NCBI GenBank assembly: GCA_965285935.1
Contig: OZ260666.1
Span: 42,408,001-42,472,000 of the forward strand
Source: Ophelia neglecta
Taxonomy: Eukaryota
Reading direction: 5' to 3'
Length of the DNA stretch: 64,000 nt
The position numbers and the translations under genes were made by a program. Shown piece by piece: positions 37,376-52,487 of this stretch (within the stretch, counting starts at the first letter, position 1; each line of letters begins with the position of its first letter). The notes below the pieces were generated by a model. The model did not search any database and had not been told where the DNA came from. It was given only the letters and a program-made list of their open reading frames with translations.

Positions 37376-39429
37376 TTTTAGTTCTGTAATCAAGGAGAAA
37401 AAACTAATGCTTAGCTGAATCACAAGCATTTTTTTCTTAAAAGTTCCTTTGGACAATCAAGTATCTTTTTCCTCGCAAGGCTAAATCAATGTTCTTTTCT
37501 CTTCCCGTTTTAAACATCGAAATCATATTTTCCACTATTTCTGGTTATCTCAATAATAATTTAGCCGGCTATACATTTCGTAGTCGCTGAGAAAACGTAG
37601 GTTTCGGTTTTGTACAAGAGACAGTTACTAGTAAATTAAGACATCACATATTGCCTACCTTTTGGAAGGATATCATAAGCGGCCTGATTCAAAGTTGTGA
37701 TCCTCTCCCTCTCAGAGTGAAACAAGGAGCCATATATACCTACCGGTATTCTAACGTAGCAACTCTTTGTTTTGACAGCCAACAGTAAAACAATAAAACC
37801 GCAATAATTACAATAAAGGAGACACTATTTGAAATTGTACATGTTGACATAAGTGGTGAGGTAAAATATTATAGGTACAAGCGCGCAAAACGCATGCATT
37901 TGTTGCTAGCTGCATTAAGTAGGGTCTTCTCTTCAAGTTACAAAAACCGACAATTTAATTCTTTTTGTCCAGAATCAACCCTTTGCTTTACTAAAAACAG
38001 CATATGTTCCAACTAGCATACTCCAAACCAAGGTGGGCTTCAGGTGAATCCTGGTTCCCGGGAACTCAAGAATTTTATGCCATTATTTTTATCTCGAAAT
38101 CTAAGCACGAATTACATCTTGTTTAGATATAAATGATATTCTCATTTGCATGAACATGTATCTCCATGGAATATTGTGTTCATTTTTGCAAAGCATGCAT
38201 AACACAAATTCACATATTTATGCAACTAGACAGACAAGATCAGGCAAGCCGTCCCCGTACTCGCATTGGCAGATGTGCACTATTAACAGTCCTCTGTTTA
38301 TGTTTAAACCAACACTTCTCTGAGGTAGCATGGTACTATCAAGATCAGTTGTTATTAGAGCTGGCGCGAATGATCGTTTAACGCAAAAAATCACCCATAG
38401 CAGAAATTTACGGAAGATGAATTTAAAAAAGGAAGAATGCTTAGTTAAGCAGGGGTTTTGATAGGTAAAGACCAAGGCTACGTGCAGCAAAGCAGGGAGA
38501 AGGTCACCGAGATCGAGGAAAGGCGCCCTGAATGAAATTTGCCTAGAGGGGTGCCCCAAATCACTCTAAAATAAAACTGACAATGCGCCCGGCCTTGTAG
38601 TAAGTTAAGGGACTGACTCTGTTCTATGTAGGCCTATACATATATATTGATATTTTAAATCTGGCACGATCCTTCATCATTTGAGTTATGTTTGCAAATT
38701 AAATAGGGACATCGTGGAAAAGAATTGTTGTTACCCACAAAAAAGTTAGAAACTGTCCATAGATAAATGGTATACTTGTTCGATGGTCGCCAGGAGAGAA
38801 ATACTATTTGTGTTTTCAAAGAATCCTTGCAGGTAATTTGTGTTCATTTCATCATATAGTTTGGATTCCTAGGGTATTTATTAAAGGCTTGCGTTCTCTA
38901 TAATACCTAGGTTTATCTGCCATTGTTCACAACATTTGAATCTTCCTTAAGCCAATGATTGAGATTTATTATTATAATTGACAAGGACAAATGACAGCAA
39001 ACCATCTCCTCTTTTCTCTAGCTAACACATCCCCAACCCATTTGCCATCGTGCAAATGTACACAGAATGTATAACCGCATAATGAATTGATCCCCGTGCA
39101 AGAGGCCGATCGCCGAGGCGGGGTAGGGGTTGGGGTTCGGAGGGGGGGGGGGGGGTTCAATTGAAGTAAAAATGAACCACCATACTGTCAATGTCCAATA
39201 TAATCCGAAACGTATTAGTTTATCATTTGTACCAGTTTTCTATTATGAACAACTAGTGTCAATTCCATTAAGTCAAAGAAAATGGCAACAGACACCATTT
39301 CGGTTTTCTATATTGGGGAGGGATGGGGGGGGGGGGGGGGGGGGGGGTCAAAGAGAGGATTAAATGACTGAAAATGAAACCAAAAGTAAGAAAATCACCA
39401 ATAGTTTTGGGAGCATTTTGGCTTCTTAC

Positions 39430-39615
39430 TCCGATAAGCGACAAAAGTTGTCTAAGATACATTCAATTTATCCGACATGCCATGAATAAAATTTAATGAA
39501 ATCGATAGCGCTTATTTTACTCTGGCTGTTCTGGCCATCAAGGTACTAATCAACACAGACTCTTTCAGGCAGTGGACATGTCCTGGCCTCAAGCAGGAAG
39601 TCAAAACTTTATATA
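39430..39615 (-). promoter_or_regulatory. Candidate TATA box and non-coding exon 1 of gene 5
   Basis: Minus-strand TATATAAA at 39615-39608 and donor GGA|GTAAGAAG at 39429. The exon would be longer than in the paralogs and would contain ATGs. Confidence 0.35.
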
Positions 39616-40984
39616 CCGACCGATTCGAATCACGTGACACATGCGCAAAAGTGTCCGGACGTGCCAATTTGTAAAGAAATTAAGAGGAAGCCCCACCAAT
39701 GCGGAATAGCCACTGTTGGCAAAGCCAAAATGGGACACTATGAGGAGTATTTGGGTCTATTTTTTAAGTATACAACAATACTTGGTGTTTAAATTAGTCA
39801 TAAAACACTGATTCATTATACAAAATTGATTTTTGACCGAACATTTAGCAGCAAAAGTACAAGGCAAAATGCACATTTAATTTTCCAGTATGGCCGCTTA
39901 CGGCCTGGATCTCCGAGGATATCGCTGAAGATATCTGAGGAAAAATAACGTCTCCAACGCATGTCACTCAAGCAATAATACTACGAACCGATTCTCTGTA
40001 CTAAAACATTTAATACATTTTCCCACTGAAGTGGAGTAAAACGCCAACTACGCCAATTTATTTCGGTTTGTGTTTGGTGACCGATGTTCGCTCGGCTTCC
40101 TCGATGTGAACACAATTTCGCTCTGGTAAATTCGCGCAAAAAATCCCGCGTACAGCGTGAGCTTGTAAGCGAATAACATATTACCATTTGCGCAATGTAT
40201 AAGGAGGGCCCGATTCGAATCTCTCAGTATACATGTACATCCCTAATGACAATGACGTCATATAGGGCCTATTGGTGCATGAATATACATTTGGAAGAAC
40301 GGTCCCAAATATTTGCTACCATATAATTCGACATGAAATTATAAGTAATGAGTAAAAATGAAGGTTAATGCCACAATGCAATAAGCTATTTGATGTACTG
40401 AATTATTCCTATTAGTATTATAGGTTACCTAATGCCAAATCAACCTTTACAAGCCATGTTAAAATGTTCATTTTTATCTATTATCATTTTTAAGAACTAA
40501 TAGCAAAATAGTGAATGTTAATCAAGGAAGTACCTGTTGTATATCAAGAACACTTAGGGAAAATGTGGTCGTTCATATAAATTTCGTTGAAGGTAGGATC
40601 ATAATTATTATACATGAAATGCAAAGCTTAAAAATACCACAGCTGCTTGCAAAATGAACACATACGTCATTCCCGAATTTGTCGTCTCGCTCTTAACGGT
40701 CATTACGAAACGGTTTCATATTTTGTTACGCGTGCCTCAAGTTCTGAGAAATCTTCTCTTCGTAGCCTTTCTACTCATGCATGGCATCCTTATAAGCAGA
40801 TTAATATGATCGTTGCAATGCATTTTATTTGGAGAATCAGCAGCCACAGCCTCACCCACATCAATAAATCAATCCAGCTTCCAATCAATAAATAAACTCG
40901 CAAATGAAAATAAAGAACAAAATTGATATCATTTGCGATGGGAAGTATTCACCTGTTTTCCATGCGACCTCATGCACTTAACTG

Positions 40985-41222
40985 ACGCCTGACTATGTTC
41001 TGCCACTAGAGGTCTCTTTAACTAATGCCTGACTCCATTGTCCTTTTAGATGCTAAAGGCCTCTTTAACTGATTCCTGACTCCATTGTGCTTCTAGAGGC
41101 CTCTTCTGCTAATTCCTGACTCCATTGTGCCCCCAGAGACCTCTTAAACTGAGGCCTGACTCCATTGTGCCCCCAGAGACCTCTTAAACTGAAGCCTGAC
41201 TCTTTTTTCCCTATACCTGACT
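40985..41222. repeat. ~39-bp satellite units (GCCTGACTCCATTGTGCC.CAGAG.CCTC), same family as 20245-20875
   Basis: About 6 degenerate tandem units. Confidence 0.75.
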
Positions 41223-41229
41223 GCACTAT

Positions 41230-41900
41230 ACGTCGACCGCCATTACACAGGAGACAACTTCTTAAAAAGGGTGATTGAGTGTTGAAGCAATCAGAGAATA
41301 GGTTTGTACCTACAGTATCCGTTAACAAAAACTAAATGGATTGATCTGTAATCAATTTATAATTGTGATAAATTACAAATCTACGATAAAGGGACACCCC
41401 TTGCGACGATATGAGGATCAACCGACAATTTGAGTAGTTTATCCGACGAAGTTCCGTACACCGGATCTAAAATCGTTAATTTCGAAGGATCATTTATTTG
41501 CTAGTTTTATTTAATTGTGTATTTTTACAGTTTTATGTTCCATATACATCTGTGAAGCTCACTATAACATACGCAACAGTCAGTATGGAATTAAAGAAGA
41601 AATCAGGATAATTAGTGACCCTTGTAAGTAGTGGTAAAACTTTTTACTGAAGCAGTAACGATATAATAACACACATGACGATGAAAAGACCCCCTTGTTG
41701 ACGATATTAGGACACAAGGGTGATTAAATCTTCTTTCCAAACCTACCATTACAACACATCTCTATGTATAATATTTGAATTTTACTAAACAAGTCAATAA
41801 ATGAATGTTTTTCTCTGTGTATCACTTTGAATGGGGACATTTGGTTAATTTTGCTATTATATTTCTTTCGCAGGAGACCATACTAATATTTTAATATTGA
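41230..41900 (+). repeat. Diverged copy 2 of the 6120-6960 segment
   Basis: Shared collinear blocks, as listed for copy 1. Confidence 0.6.
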
Positions 41901-44639
41901 TTAATTCAATGTGGATTTAAGTCCCGATGCGCCGATATGTAGAAAAAAATATTGGCTGACATTCATAAATCGAGAAAGTGAACACGAAATATGTAACGTT
42001 ATAAATTTGGGGAACGATTAAGGGCAACAACAATTTTTTTAATAATCTAGCTTGTTTTATGTATACGCAAATTAATTATATAGACTCAAGAAGTTTCTCA
42101 CAAAGTCAGACTGGTGGCGATCGATAGAACACGAATTTATCATCTTAGAAGTTGAACAATAACCGTAACAGCCTCTATAGAAGACTGTATACCTCGATAT
42201 ATTATCGCCCTCAAAGGACAGTTTTACCGGAAAGAATTGCCTGACCTTCAGCGTACCAATGTCAACCTACCCTCATTGTGCACAGGCATCAGACAACACA
42301 AGTGATAAACAGTATTGATTGATAATGTATTAGGAGTGCTGGACAGTGTACTGTTAGCGCCATGCAGTAGGGTAGAACATGTCATTTATTTAAATTTGCC
42401 GCTTTTATTATGTTCTCGGTCATTCAATGTTTTAAAACATTCCTTAGGGAATTAGAGTGACATTAAATTGACCGTAATTATTAGAGTATATATTTAAATA
42501 ACCTATATCTAGAGAAAAAAATGTTGTTGTTGCTGCTTGGGGTAGAAGCTCCGTGACCCTATAGGAAGATGAAATGACGCCTAGCGGCGTGTGGAAGTAG
42601 TAGTGGTGTGGAAACACTTATTGAAACACCTGTTGTTAAGGTTAAAATTAAACAATCGTTAACCACGCATAATATCCTACCATACTGCTTACCCGGTTCA
42701 CTATATCAATATACACTTCCTGTGACACCCCTAAACAGCCCACTGATCCCTGTTTATTTGCATACTAAAGCATCATGCGACTGATTAACAGTGATTGTTT
42801 AATAGTTTCCCCGTTTAATCCTAATATAGGACAGAAAATTTCCTAAAATTCTGAAAGTCTCTCCATAAAACAGTTTACCTATAGTTAAGAAGATTTAAAA
42901 GCCTGGGTTTATTTGGTTTAGAAATGGCTGATGTCGTATTTGCCTTAGTCTCTGGTTCTCCCATTTTAGCCCTTTTTGTTGGTACTCGGCTTTTCCAAAA
43001 GAATTAAGATCAATTAAATGTCTTGTTGTCCCTAATGTGAGCAAAGATATTGTGCAATGAGACGCCAAAAATTAATATTTCAGGAAACAAACGAACTACT
43101 TGCCCCTTTCTCACTGAGACTTATACATCAAAAACTACTTGATCACTTGTGTGAGACTGTCTATAAAAACCCTGATTTCTCCACAAACCTTTATCAGGAT
43201 TACGCCAGGCCTAGTTGGTATCCAAGAATAACACATGTATCACCCAATTGACATGAAGAAAAACAGGCATGAAAAAAATTGATTTGAAAGCAAGCAGTGG
43301 CTTTAAACTCTAGCTGATTAACTATGACGGTGCGTAACCTCCAGGTTTTACCATATATGATCTGTATTAATAAAGCAGTAAAATCATACCGAGAATGAAA
43401 TCTTTTCTGTGGTCCTATCTATTTAAAGTCCGCCAGTAATGATGGCGAGTACCATATAAGGGCGGTTATAATATTTATTACTAGCAGTAACCCGTGGAAA
43501 ATTCCTCAGTGGAGGAAAGTATCCGACTAAGAAACAACCAATCTGTCTAGCAGCACCATCTGTCTCATAAAGGCAGTTTTCTTTGGTTTGGATATCAGAA
43601 ATGTGACTGCTCTGTGACAGCGTACTACTGCCCTAACTGCTTCACCGGCCAGCTATGTTCATGTAACATTCTCAATTTAGTATCTGCTTATGTATATATA
43701 TATACACTCCATTCCCCAGAGCCCACTCTGGTATCTGAGGTGAAACACATGATGCTTTGAAATTTCATAAAAAGAAGGGTCCATTTCCAAGCTGATCCAG
43801 ATTCTTTAAAGCCTTAAGAGTGTAAAGTGGTTTTGCAGCACAATACTATCACAACATAAATTACAGCTATATAGCCGCTAAAAATAATTGATGTTTAGTT
43901 GCTATAAATTCTCTAAGTTGACAAAATATGTTTTTTCGGATAAGACTCTAGAATCGCAAAAGAAACCTGTTCAGGGGTTTTTTTTCTCAAATGGGAGAGA
44001 AAATTCTTGCCAAAGACCTATAAAGTATGACGATAATTTTTATTTCTATAAGTTACGGTGCGACCACTTCAATATCACTCAATAATCACACAGACCATCT
44101 TTCTTAAGACGTTCAGTTAGTGACACTGTGCCTGATCCTTGATTGAACGCTGGGAATGAAACTCCCAATACACCTGACAATTGATTGATTTCGGATCATA
44201 CGGCCAATAAGCTGTCATTGTCAATTCCATACGTACACCAACTTATAGACCAATTAAATCACGAAAAAAAGAATTAAAAGAAAAAAAATATACTAAATAT
44301 TGGTTCCTAAATATGGGCCAATAACAGAACAATCCAGACAGGTCTGTTTTATTAAGTCTCCTTCCTCCACCCTGAATGATTGGATCAAAGAACAAAACAA
44401 CCCGGACCGCTGGTGCACTACCATAAGTCCTCTTTCATACTTTTGAATAGGGTGACAGGGGCCTAGAACAAAACAAACTTGATAGGTGTGCTCTGTTGGT
44501 TCCCACTCCAACATACAAATCATGTTCATGAACCGAGCAAACTGGACTTTTTATACCCCCCTCCCTTCTCCCTTTCATATTAACCTCCTCTCCTTGGCTG
44601 CCACATTTTGTGCTGTAAGCCTAACCCTCCCCCTGGCTA

Positions 44640-45180
44640 CCCCCCCCCCTCATTCCCCCTTAGATAACCCTCCTCCCATTGGCTGCTTCTTTTTGTGCTG
44701 TATGTCTACCCCCCCCCCTCCCCCACTGTAGCCTCAGTCTAGTCTTATACTGTCATTTACATGTTAGTCTCTTGTGACAACAAAACAGGTTTCTCTGCAT
44801 TTTTTCAGTACATCAGCATTGCATGAGAGTGCTATGTAAACCCCCTCCCCCCTCCTTCCCCCTTAGATAACCCTCCTCCCTTGCCTGCCCCTTTTTGTGC
44901 TGTATGCCTCACCCTCTCCCCCCCCCCCCCAGCTGCCCCCCTCCCCCCTCTGTATCCTCAGTCTAGTTTTATACTGTCATCTACATGTTAATCTCTTGTG
45001 ACATCAAAACAGGTTTCTCTGCATTTTATCAGTACATTAGCATTGCATGAGAGTGCTAGGTTACCCCCCCCCCCCCCCCTCCTTCCCACATTAGATAAGC
45101 CACCTACATAGATGTTAATCTATTGTGTCAACAAAACAGGCTCACTCTGAATCTTATCAGTAATCAGCATGGCATGTTGA
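44640..45180. repeat. Tandem duplication, ~200-220-bp unit x ~2.5
   Basis: TTAGATAACCCTCCTCCC...CTCAGTCTAGT...AAAACAGGTTTCTCTGCATTTT...GCATTGCATGAGAGTGCTA is repeated. Confidence 0.85.
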
Positions 45181-48100
45181 ATGGAGTCAGGCCCTGGTCT
45201 GATACAGTATTTCCCATGATGCACTGCTGTTGCTTGGCAACATCAAATATGGCATCAAGTAAGGCTGCAAATGATACAGACGACAGATTTTCCCAAAATG
45301 CAAAAGCTTTTTGACTGCAAAACACGCACAGCGCACCGCAATCTCACATACTTTAGCACAACCACAGATGTTTCAGCAACAATCGGTGAAGATTTCAGGC
45401 GCATCGGTTCGTTGAGGAACCGGGAAATCAATGTTGCACTACTGCAATATAATTATAGATGATTTTGGGGAAGCAACTCACTCCTAGTGTTGGAGAATAT
45501 GTGCTAGCATAGCATCTGTGGTACCTTGTTCTATGTTATCACCCATTCTATAATGACACCCAGATATAGGTTCGGAGGAAGAATTTGTAAAGACACATTT
45601 GTGGTGTATGAACCACACAAATATGTTTCTGTAATAAGTGAAATTAATCAACATGGACAATATTGCCAGTCATATTTTCTATCAGCTCTATGTCCATTTC
45701 TTTAGTCATTATGGTTGGCAATATATTATTTGGGACCATAGATCTATGGAGCGGGCCATCTAGTCGCTGCGGTGAAAGTCGAACTCTTTCCACGTACCGA
45801 AAAGGTTCTATTCAACAGCCCCCCCCCCCCCCCCCCCCCGCCCCAAGTAGGGGACACCACTCAAACACCATCCTGGTATATAAAGGCCAACCCGTTATTA
45901 ATATCCATGGATTCTCCAGTGTAAAGTATAGTGTGAATATAGATATGGGCACACCACATACTAACAGGGGTTGTGGGGGGGGGGGGGGGGGGTAGGGGTG
46001 GCCAATGTCGGATTACCTTATGCCTAAGCGTTGCTCGTCATTGAACCAACGTTAACTTATTTCTGAGCTATTCTACCTTAGACATAAGCAAGCATTTACT
46101 TTACGATGAAACACATATTCAATGTCAGGTATTTGTAGGCCTTCTGCAGAAGCAGACCTTGCCGACGTTTGACGACTTGGGGACGAAGTACCTGTGTTAA
46201 CTGGGTATAGTTTAGTTTTTAGTTTACGCCACCTCCACCAATCCTAATTCGCTCACAGGCTTGTTAAAGTGTGACCTTCAAAAACCCAAAACAATTGAAT
46301 ACATTCAGAATTCCTCGACCCCTTCACCATTCTGTTGGCTATACCTTGAGGCCTTTTACTGCCTTGAATATTCACAATAATCTTAAACTTAAGAGCAATG
46401 TGGTTTAGACATAGTTCACTACCCTGCAATGAGGGTCAAGTTCACACAATGCAACCAAACACAGTTAGAAAAAATTGAATTACTTTCGTCCATTTATTTT
46501 CCTTCTTAGTTTAATAATTGAAAGTATTTTTACTCAATGCGACGGGAAATAAAACTCCGATGACTATTATGAAACTAGGCTATTAAATAAATGTGTAACC
46601 TGAGAAGTATTGCCAGCAAAAAATCTGAGTAGAAATATTCGTATTTTTAGGTATCTTTAATTTCAAGGAAACGATTTATTTGGGCTCAGTTAACATACAT
46701 TTTGAACTCAAGCTGTCCCTCATTCTGAGTGGTCATTTAGGAATGGTCTCACTCTAGTCGGAAGATCACATTTACTACTTAGCTGCACCCTATTTTCACC
46801 AAACCGCACATATAATTATGGCTTGTTTATAAATAACATTGATATGTGTCTTGTTCTTGAAGCGTCCAGACAGACCTTCGCTTAATCCGGTTTTGCTATT
46901 CTTCAACCGATCTGGTATATGTATTCAGTGCGTGACTTGGGTACATGCACATACATACAACAAATGGCTAGTTTGAAAATACGCAATTTTGTAATCACTA
47001 GATATCATGTAGGAGATGCCTTTTGGAGTAGATTTAATTTCAATTGTTTACAGATTAGCTGTCCTATCTTCATGGATGCTATCAACTCCACCCCCAGCCC
47101 ACCTCACCCCCACCCCACCCCTGTAAAAACGACCCATGCTTTCTCCAATGGTGCTAGGGATAACCAAACTAAATATTAACAAGTTACTACCTGACATGTC
47201 AATGATACCCTAGTATAGGCCCAATAAATAAAATTGGTATAGGCCTGTAGGCGTTCGGTGTGTTCTTTGCCGCCAATATGCGCGGAATGTCTCAGGGGGT
47301 AAGTAGGATGCCATAAATTGTCTCCACTCCTCCGTGATTCATGTAATAAATTGAATAAAGGAATTGAATAATTTAACGCCAGCTTCAAGGTGGAAATAAG
47401 CACTCACACTACTTAATCAAACACATACTTGCTTGCCTAAATGTTTGCCCCGGGTGATATATGATATATAAACACCATAACTTCAACAGGTCTCGCCCTA
47501 TTTACATTAACCCTGACGACAATTAAAAGATGAGTGTGGGACACGTCGCCGCGAAGAAACAAGCAAGTCATAAATACATTTGCGCTTCCTGGCCACAAAT
47601 CAAACTTTACTAATGTTTATGTGACCCTCGCCTGGTAACCATGCACGTTAAGAAGTATGTTCTAAGAGAGACTTTAAATCGCTATTTTATTTTTATACGT
47701 ATAAACAGGCCTATTGACTGGCCTTTGGGTTAAAAGTAGGAGAAAGACAAGTTGATTCCTGCAGTCCTGAACATATATGCAACATTAGAAACAATTGAAG
47801 TAACTGCGATGAAAACAAAATGTCTGTATACATAGCCATTAAAACACTGCAAGCTTATCATATACCTATTCTATTGTGCTGTAAATAGTATAGAAATCTA
47901 TTTCAAATATTTATATGATAATCTAAAGAAGGCACTCTCAATAATCGGATATATAACGGTCAATGCGAGAAACAAATGTTGGTAAGCTGAAGGCAATGGA
48001 AGAAGCCAGTGGGGCTGATCTTAGAACAATATGAGAATTGTATTCTTTCATACGCCTGCAGAAACGTCAATTTAAATATATATGATTAATAAGTATAAAC

Positions 48101-48385
48101 TTTTAACATAAATCTAATGGCCCCCGTATGTATTGGTCCGGTTTAACTGTGTTTCATGATGTAAAGAAAAAAATGACAACAAAATGAACGATTTTACACA
48201 GACTTGATTAAGTCAAGTTCTTAATCCGCACTGCGACGTTTTAATTGTTCTCGCAGCAGTGTTCCGCCTAACCACAGTCTTATGACTTGTCCTAAAAAAA
48301 CGGAAAAGTAGGCCAGTGGGTTTGGTTTAAGTTATCGGGTTTCTTTATTAAATTTAGTATTTGGCGAAATATAACGTGCTTCAAG

Positions 48386-48762
48386 CCCGGGGGGGGGGGG
48401 TACTCCCATTATTTTTGGGTGGGGGTGTGCGGCTGGTACCTGGCAAACCCTACCCTTGAATTAGGGACATTATGACTTCAAACCTACCCTTGATTTAGGG
48501 ACATTTTGACTTCAAACTTGGCACTTTGTTATGACATACATGTAACCTCGTGGAATGGAATACAGGTTATTCACTGCCCTAGGCAATTCAGAATCATGCC
48601 CGACAGGATGAATTTTTTTCTAGAAACCATACCCTTTATTAGGGAAGAAATCAACAAAAAGGTACCCTTGGTTTAGGGAAGTTTTGAGGAAAAACGACCC
48701 TTCTCGGCCGCACATACCCAGTATGCCGGATAATGGGAGTACCCCCCCCCCCCCCCCCCGGG
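48386..48762. mobile_element. Intact MITE with CCCGGG(G)nTACTCCCATTAT TIRs and 8-bp TSD
   Basis: TSD GCTTCAAG at 48378-48385 and 48763-48770; matching TIRs; internal TACCCTT..TTAGGGA repeats. Confidence 0.92.
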
Positions 48763-49719
48763 GCTTCAAGTAGTCATTTACTAGTAAAACCATCCGCAAC
48801 TACATTATCTGTGTTAGTGTGGGACGTGATAGATTATGTGATACAGGGAGAAACAGAAAAGTGTGTTGGGGTATACAATATTTCGAGTGAATATATACCA
48901 CCTAGGTTTGGTGAAAATAAGTGTATATATGCTTGAATTAAGGTTTTATCACTTGGTGAATTAACCGTGTCCGATTCAACGGCAAATTAAAGCACACAAT
49001 CAAAATAAGTCCCTATAGGGCCTACAAGTTTGTGTGCAAATCAGTTTGATGTTAGGCGCATATTAACATTAAGATCATATACAGGATACATAGACCCTTT
49101 TGGATTGATTGGCGGAACGTATCTTTTCTTCCAAGCAAAATTTTGTAAATATCGACAACAAAGTATTGTTATTTGTGTTAGAATTTCACTCAGTGTTGAC
49201 CTGGCAAGGCTACATTCTACCATCATAATTAATGCTAGTGGAAGAACTGTCCAGAGTGTCACTGGGTCATGGGGGCTCCATTTGTTTGCTGATTGCTTAT
49301 AATTTTGATCCTAGTAAATTTTTAACCTTAGGGAATTTAAAATCATTCCGACTGACTTAAGTTTCCCCAAATCATAATTATTTAAGTTCAACTTCAAGTA
49401 AGCCATTATTTTACAGCGGAACCAGGGAGAAGCACATTTAATATTCATTCTACCTGATTATTATTCTTAACACAACTACGCGCTATCATAAAATATCTCT
49501 TGACTTCCCAAATAGGTGCACTTCTGGTGATCGTTTCACCAATTTATGAGTCTGTTGTTAAGCCATAAGAGAGTCGGTTTTTCCATTCATTTCAAAGTCT
49601 ACTTCAAAATTTGAACTGATATTACTTGAAACATACGATGACCAAAATCTATATATTTTATTGCAGACGCGACATTTTTATTATCCGTTGCTAAGTGTTA
49701 CCATAACACACTGTAGTAA

Positions 49720-49797
49720 TATATAGTCCCGGCCCTGATCTGTTTTCTTAGAAGCAGCCAAGCAGAGTTTTAATCAGGCACATAGACTCACAATCAG
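49720..49797 (+). promoter_or_regulatory. TATA box and non-coding exon 1 of gene 6
   Basis: TATATA at 49720 followed by CCGGCCC; donor CAG|GTAAGAAATA at 49798; homologous to the gene 4 promoter. Confidence 0.7.
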
Positions 49798-51586
49798 GTA
49801 AGAAATACATTTATCTAAAGTTACTATATCACTAATAATCTTGTCGCAGAAATAATACTGAAAAAATAAACACTTTTAATTCTTCGGCGATTCAACTCTA
49901 AACATGCTATTGGTATATGTTAGTTAGTTTTGCAAAATTAAACAAATTCATTGTTAGTTAGTTTTGCAAAATTAAACAAAATCAAGCAGAATGTTTGAAA
50001 CCGAGGAAGGAGCATGGACCTAGAACGGTAAAAGTCATTCTCTCCGGTAGCTTAAGCTATAAGAGATATTAAGTTTACTACATATGTACCTTTTACTATT
50101 ATAGGGCATATATTTATTTCATTCAGATTCGGATGATGATAAGCTTAATGATAGTTTGGGCTTTTCCGGGTATGATATTCTATTAATGTAATATTTCCGT
50201 TCAACCAGTGGTGGACATTATTATTGTACTCTATATACATTGATAATTCAGTATTTAACATGAACCTGCACCCTGCAGCCAGTAATATTTTAGAAACTAT
50301 GCTATTTAATTCCCGCGCGTTCTTTATCTGTCTTGAAGTAATATCTGAAACATCGACCTAAATTTTAATAAAGGTAAATTCAAACTGATATATGAAAGAC
50401 AGGTGAGATTTTCTGTTAACTGCCAAGAAGGGAGCTGATATAATTAGGCATCCGACTGCCTATAATTGGTTGTGAATGTTGCAATTAAACTTGACCTAAC
50501 GTGCAATGACCTGTTATAAAAAACATTTCGAAAACGAGTGTAACTTTCAAAGAAAGTTCGAACTTTTTACAAGTTTATTTTAGAAATAAAGAAAATCTAT
50601 ATTATGGGAATGTGATGGAACAATGTTGGTGTTAAGTATGGGATTTGTCTCCGCTGATAAATTATATCAAGGAAAGAGAATTGGAAAGCATTACAACGAC
50701 AGTGCGTACAAATTAGTATCATACACTAGGCAGAGCAATATTTGAACTATTTCAACTTAAACTTTAGAATAAGTTTAGTCTTTTATTTGGCTTAGACCAC
50801 ATGTAGGTAGGGATCGCCAAACCCGGCAAACCTTTGGCTTAGGCCTAAAAAGGGTTAGACTTATTTGATTTTACATCAAATAGTTCTGACAAAAATTATG
50901 CGGGCGGGCGGCGATTTTTCAAAATATTACTTTAAGTTAGTAAGTCTAATAAATTTAAATCTTTACAGGTGATGTGACAAAAATTTTATTATTCAACAAG
51001 TATCCTCAAATATGAAATAACAAAGAATAAAAAATGTAACAGTTCTAGAATGAACAAAGCTCTCCACAACCACCATAATCTAATGGTTATTACCTCCTAT
51101 ATTTAGCTATTTTGCATGCGAAAATCACTGATATGTACAAAATTCTGCACTAAAGGAAGAGAAGTAAATGCATCATATTTAATGTGATTAATGTTCCACC
51201 AATACGTGCATTTTACACAAGAAAACATTACGGTACAGTTTGTACAATTGACTATTAATATCTCACGATTTCCAGCAGTTTTATCAACAAATCGCTATTT
51301 ATATACCACTGCAATTCATAGTTTTAGAAGCAAATCCACCTTGTAGTAGCCTAGCCCAAACGTGTTAATCATATCTATCGGAGCCTCTAGCTAGTCATGA
51401 GCCTAGTACTGATAAAAGCGCCGCCTACCCTTTCGAGTGTTTTGTTGCGCAAGCGAGATCTTGAAAAATTGTATTTTGATGTTATTTTGCATTGTAGTTT
51501 TGTTTCTAAATATATCGACCAAGCACTTAAGCGAAAATTACATGTAAATAAATGATTTAATTGTTTTACTTTTTATTGCAGCTTCA

Positions 51587-51644
51587 ATGATGGTTATGGC
51601 TACAAAATTCATTATTGGGAGCTTACTGCTGTTGGGCATCTTAG
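51587..51644 (+). CDS. Gene 6 signal-peptide exon (MMVMATKFIIGSLLLLGIL + G)
   Basis: Acceptor TTTATTGCAG (51581), ATG at 51587 (the ATG at 51596 aligns with the paralogs), donor G|GTGAGT at 51645. Confidence 0.88.
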
Positions 51645-52487
51645 GTGAGTTGTTTTTTCTTTTTTAAGTAAAATAGACATCTGTGGCTTATCTAAATTCT
51701 GAAAAAATATCTAATCACAATGTCAATTGCTCATGTTCTCTTTGACTGAAACGCAATTTAACCAATCAGGCTTCAGTTTAAACCTGCTAAAATTGCATTA
51801 CAATTAATTCCCAATCGCAGACCATGATCATGTGACCAGGACGGTAACACTCTCAACTTACTGATAATTATTATAACTTTTAATTTAAAATTATTTGTTT
51901 GCTCCATTTGATTTTTGTGTGAGCTTAGAACTGAAAAACTACAGTAACTGTTTTATTTTTTAATCTACAATATAATTCCAGAACCTTATTTTTCTTCTAA
52001 TTGGCATTTTTCAATTTTGTTAACATATCTAAAGATTGAATAATGTATTAGTAAATTAAAAACCTGCTAAAAGAAATTAAGTTTTAAGTTATGATTTGAA
52101 TCAAAATTAAATCTAAAAACTCTGCGAAAAATTAAATGTCATGTTAGACACTAAATGAAGTTGTCAAAGTTATAAGTCATGTTTTCCCCATCAAAAATTA
52201 GAATTGAATTGGAATTTACTTGTCTTAATATTAATGTCCTAAGGGAATGAATATCAAAATCCTCGGGCATGTAACCCTCAAAATAATGCACAAAATCAGA
52301 TCCTGCAATCATAACCCATCGTCCTCTTATCCCCTTCTCCCCACTGTTAATCCACGTCTCGTCACCGTGCTCCCCCCCCCATCACCACCACCACCACCAC
52401 TACCCCCCCCCCCCCACTCACAAAGGATAAATACCCAAAACACAGCTGATTTCTCCTCGTTTATTGTTACCATCTTGTTTCTATCAG

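Noticed and set aside
39140-39348. Frequent poly-G/poly-C runs (G-quadruplex candidates; poly-Pro/Gly ORFs)
   Set aside because: Scattered throughout the window and often inside MITEs; background low complexity.
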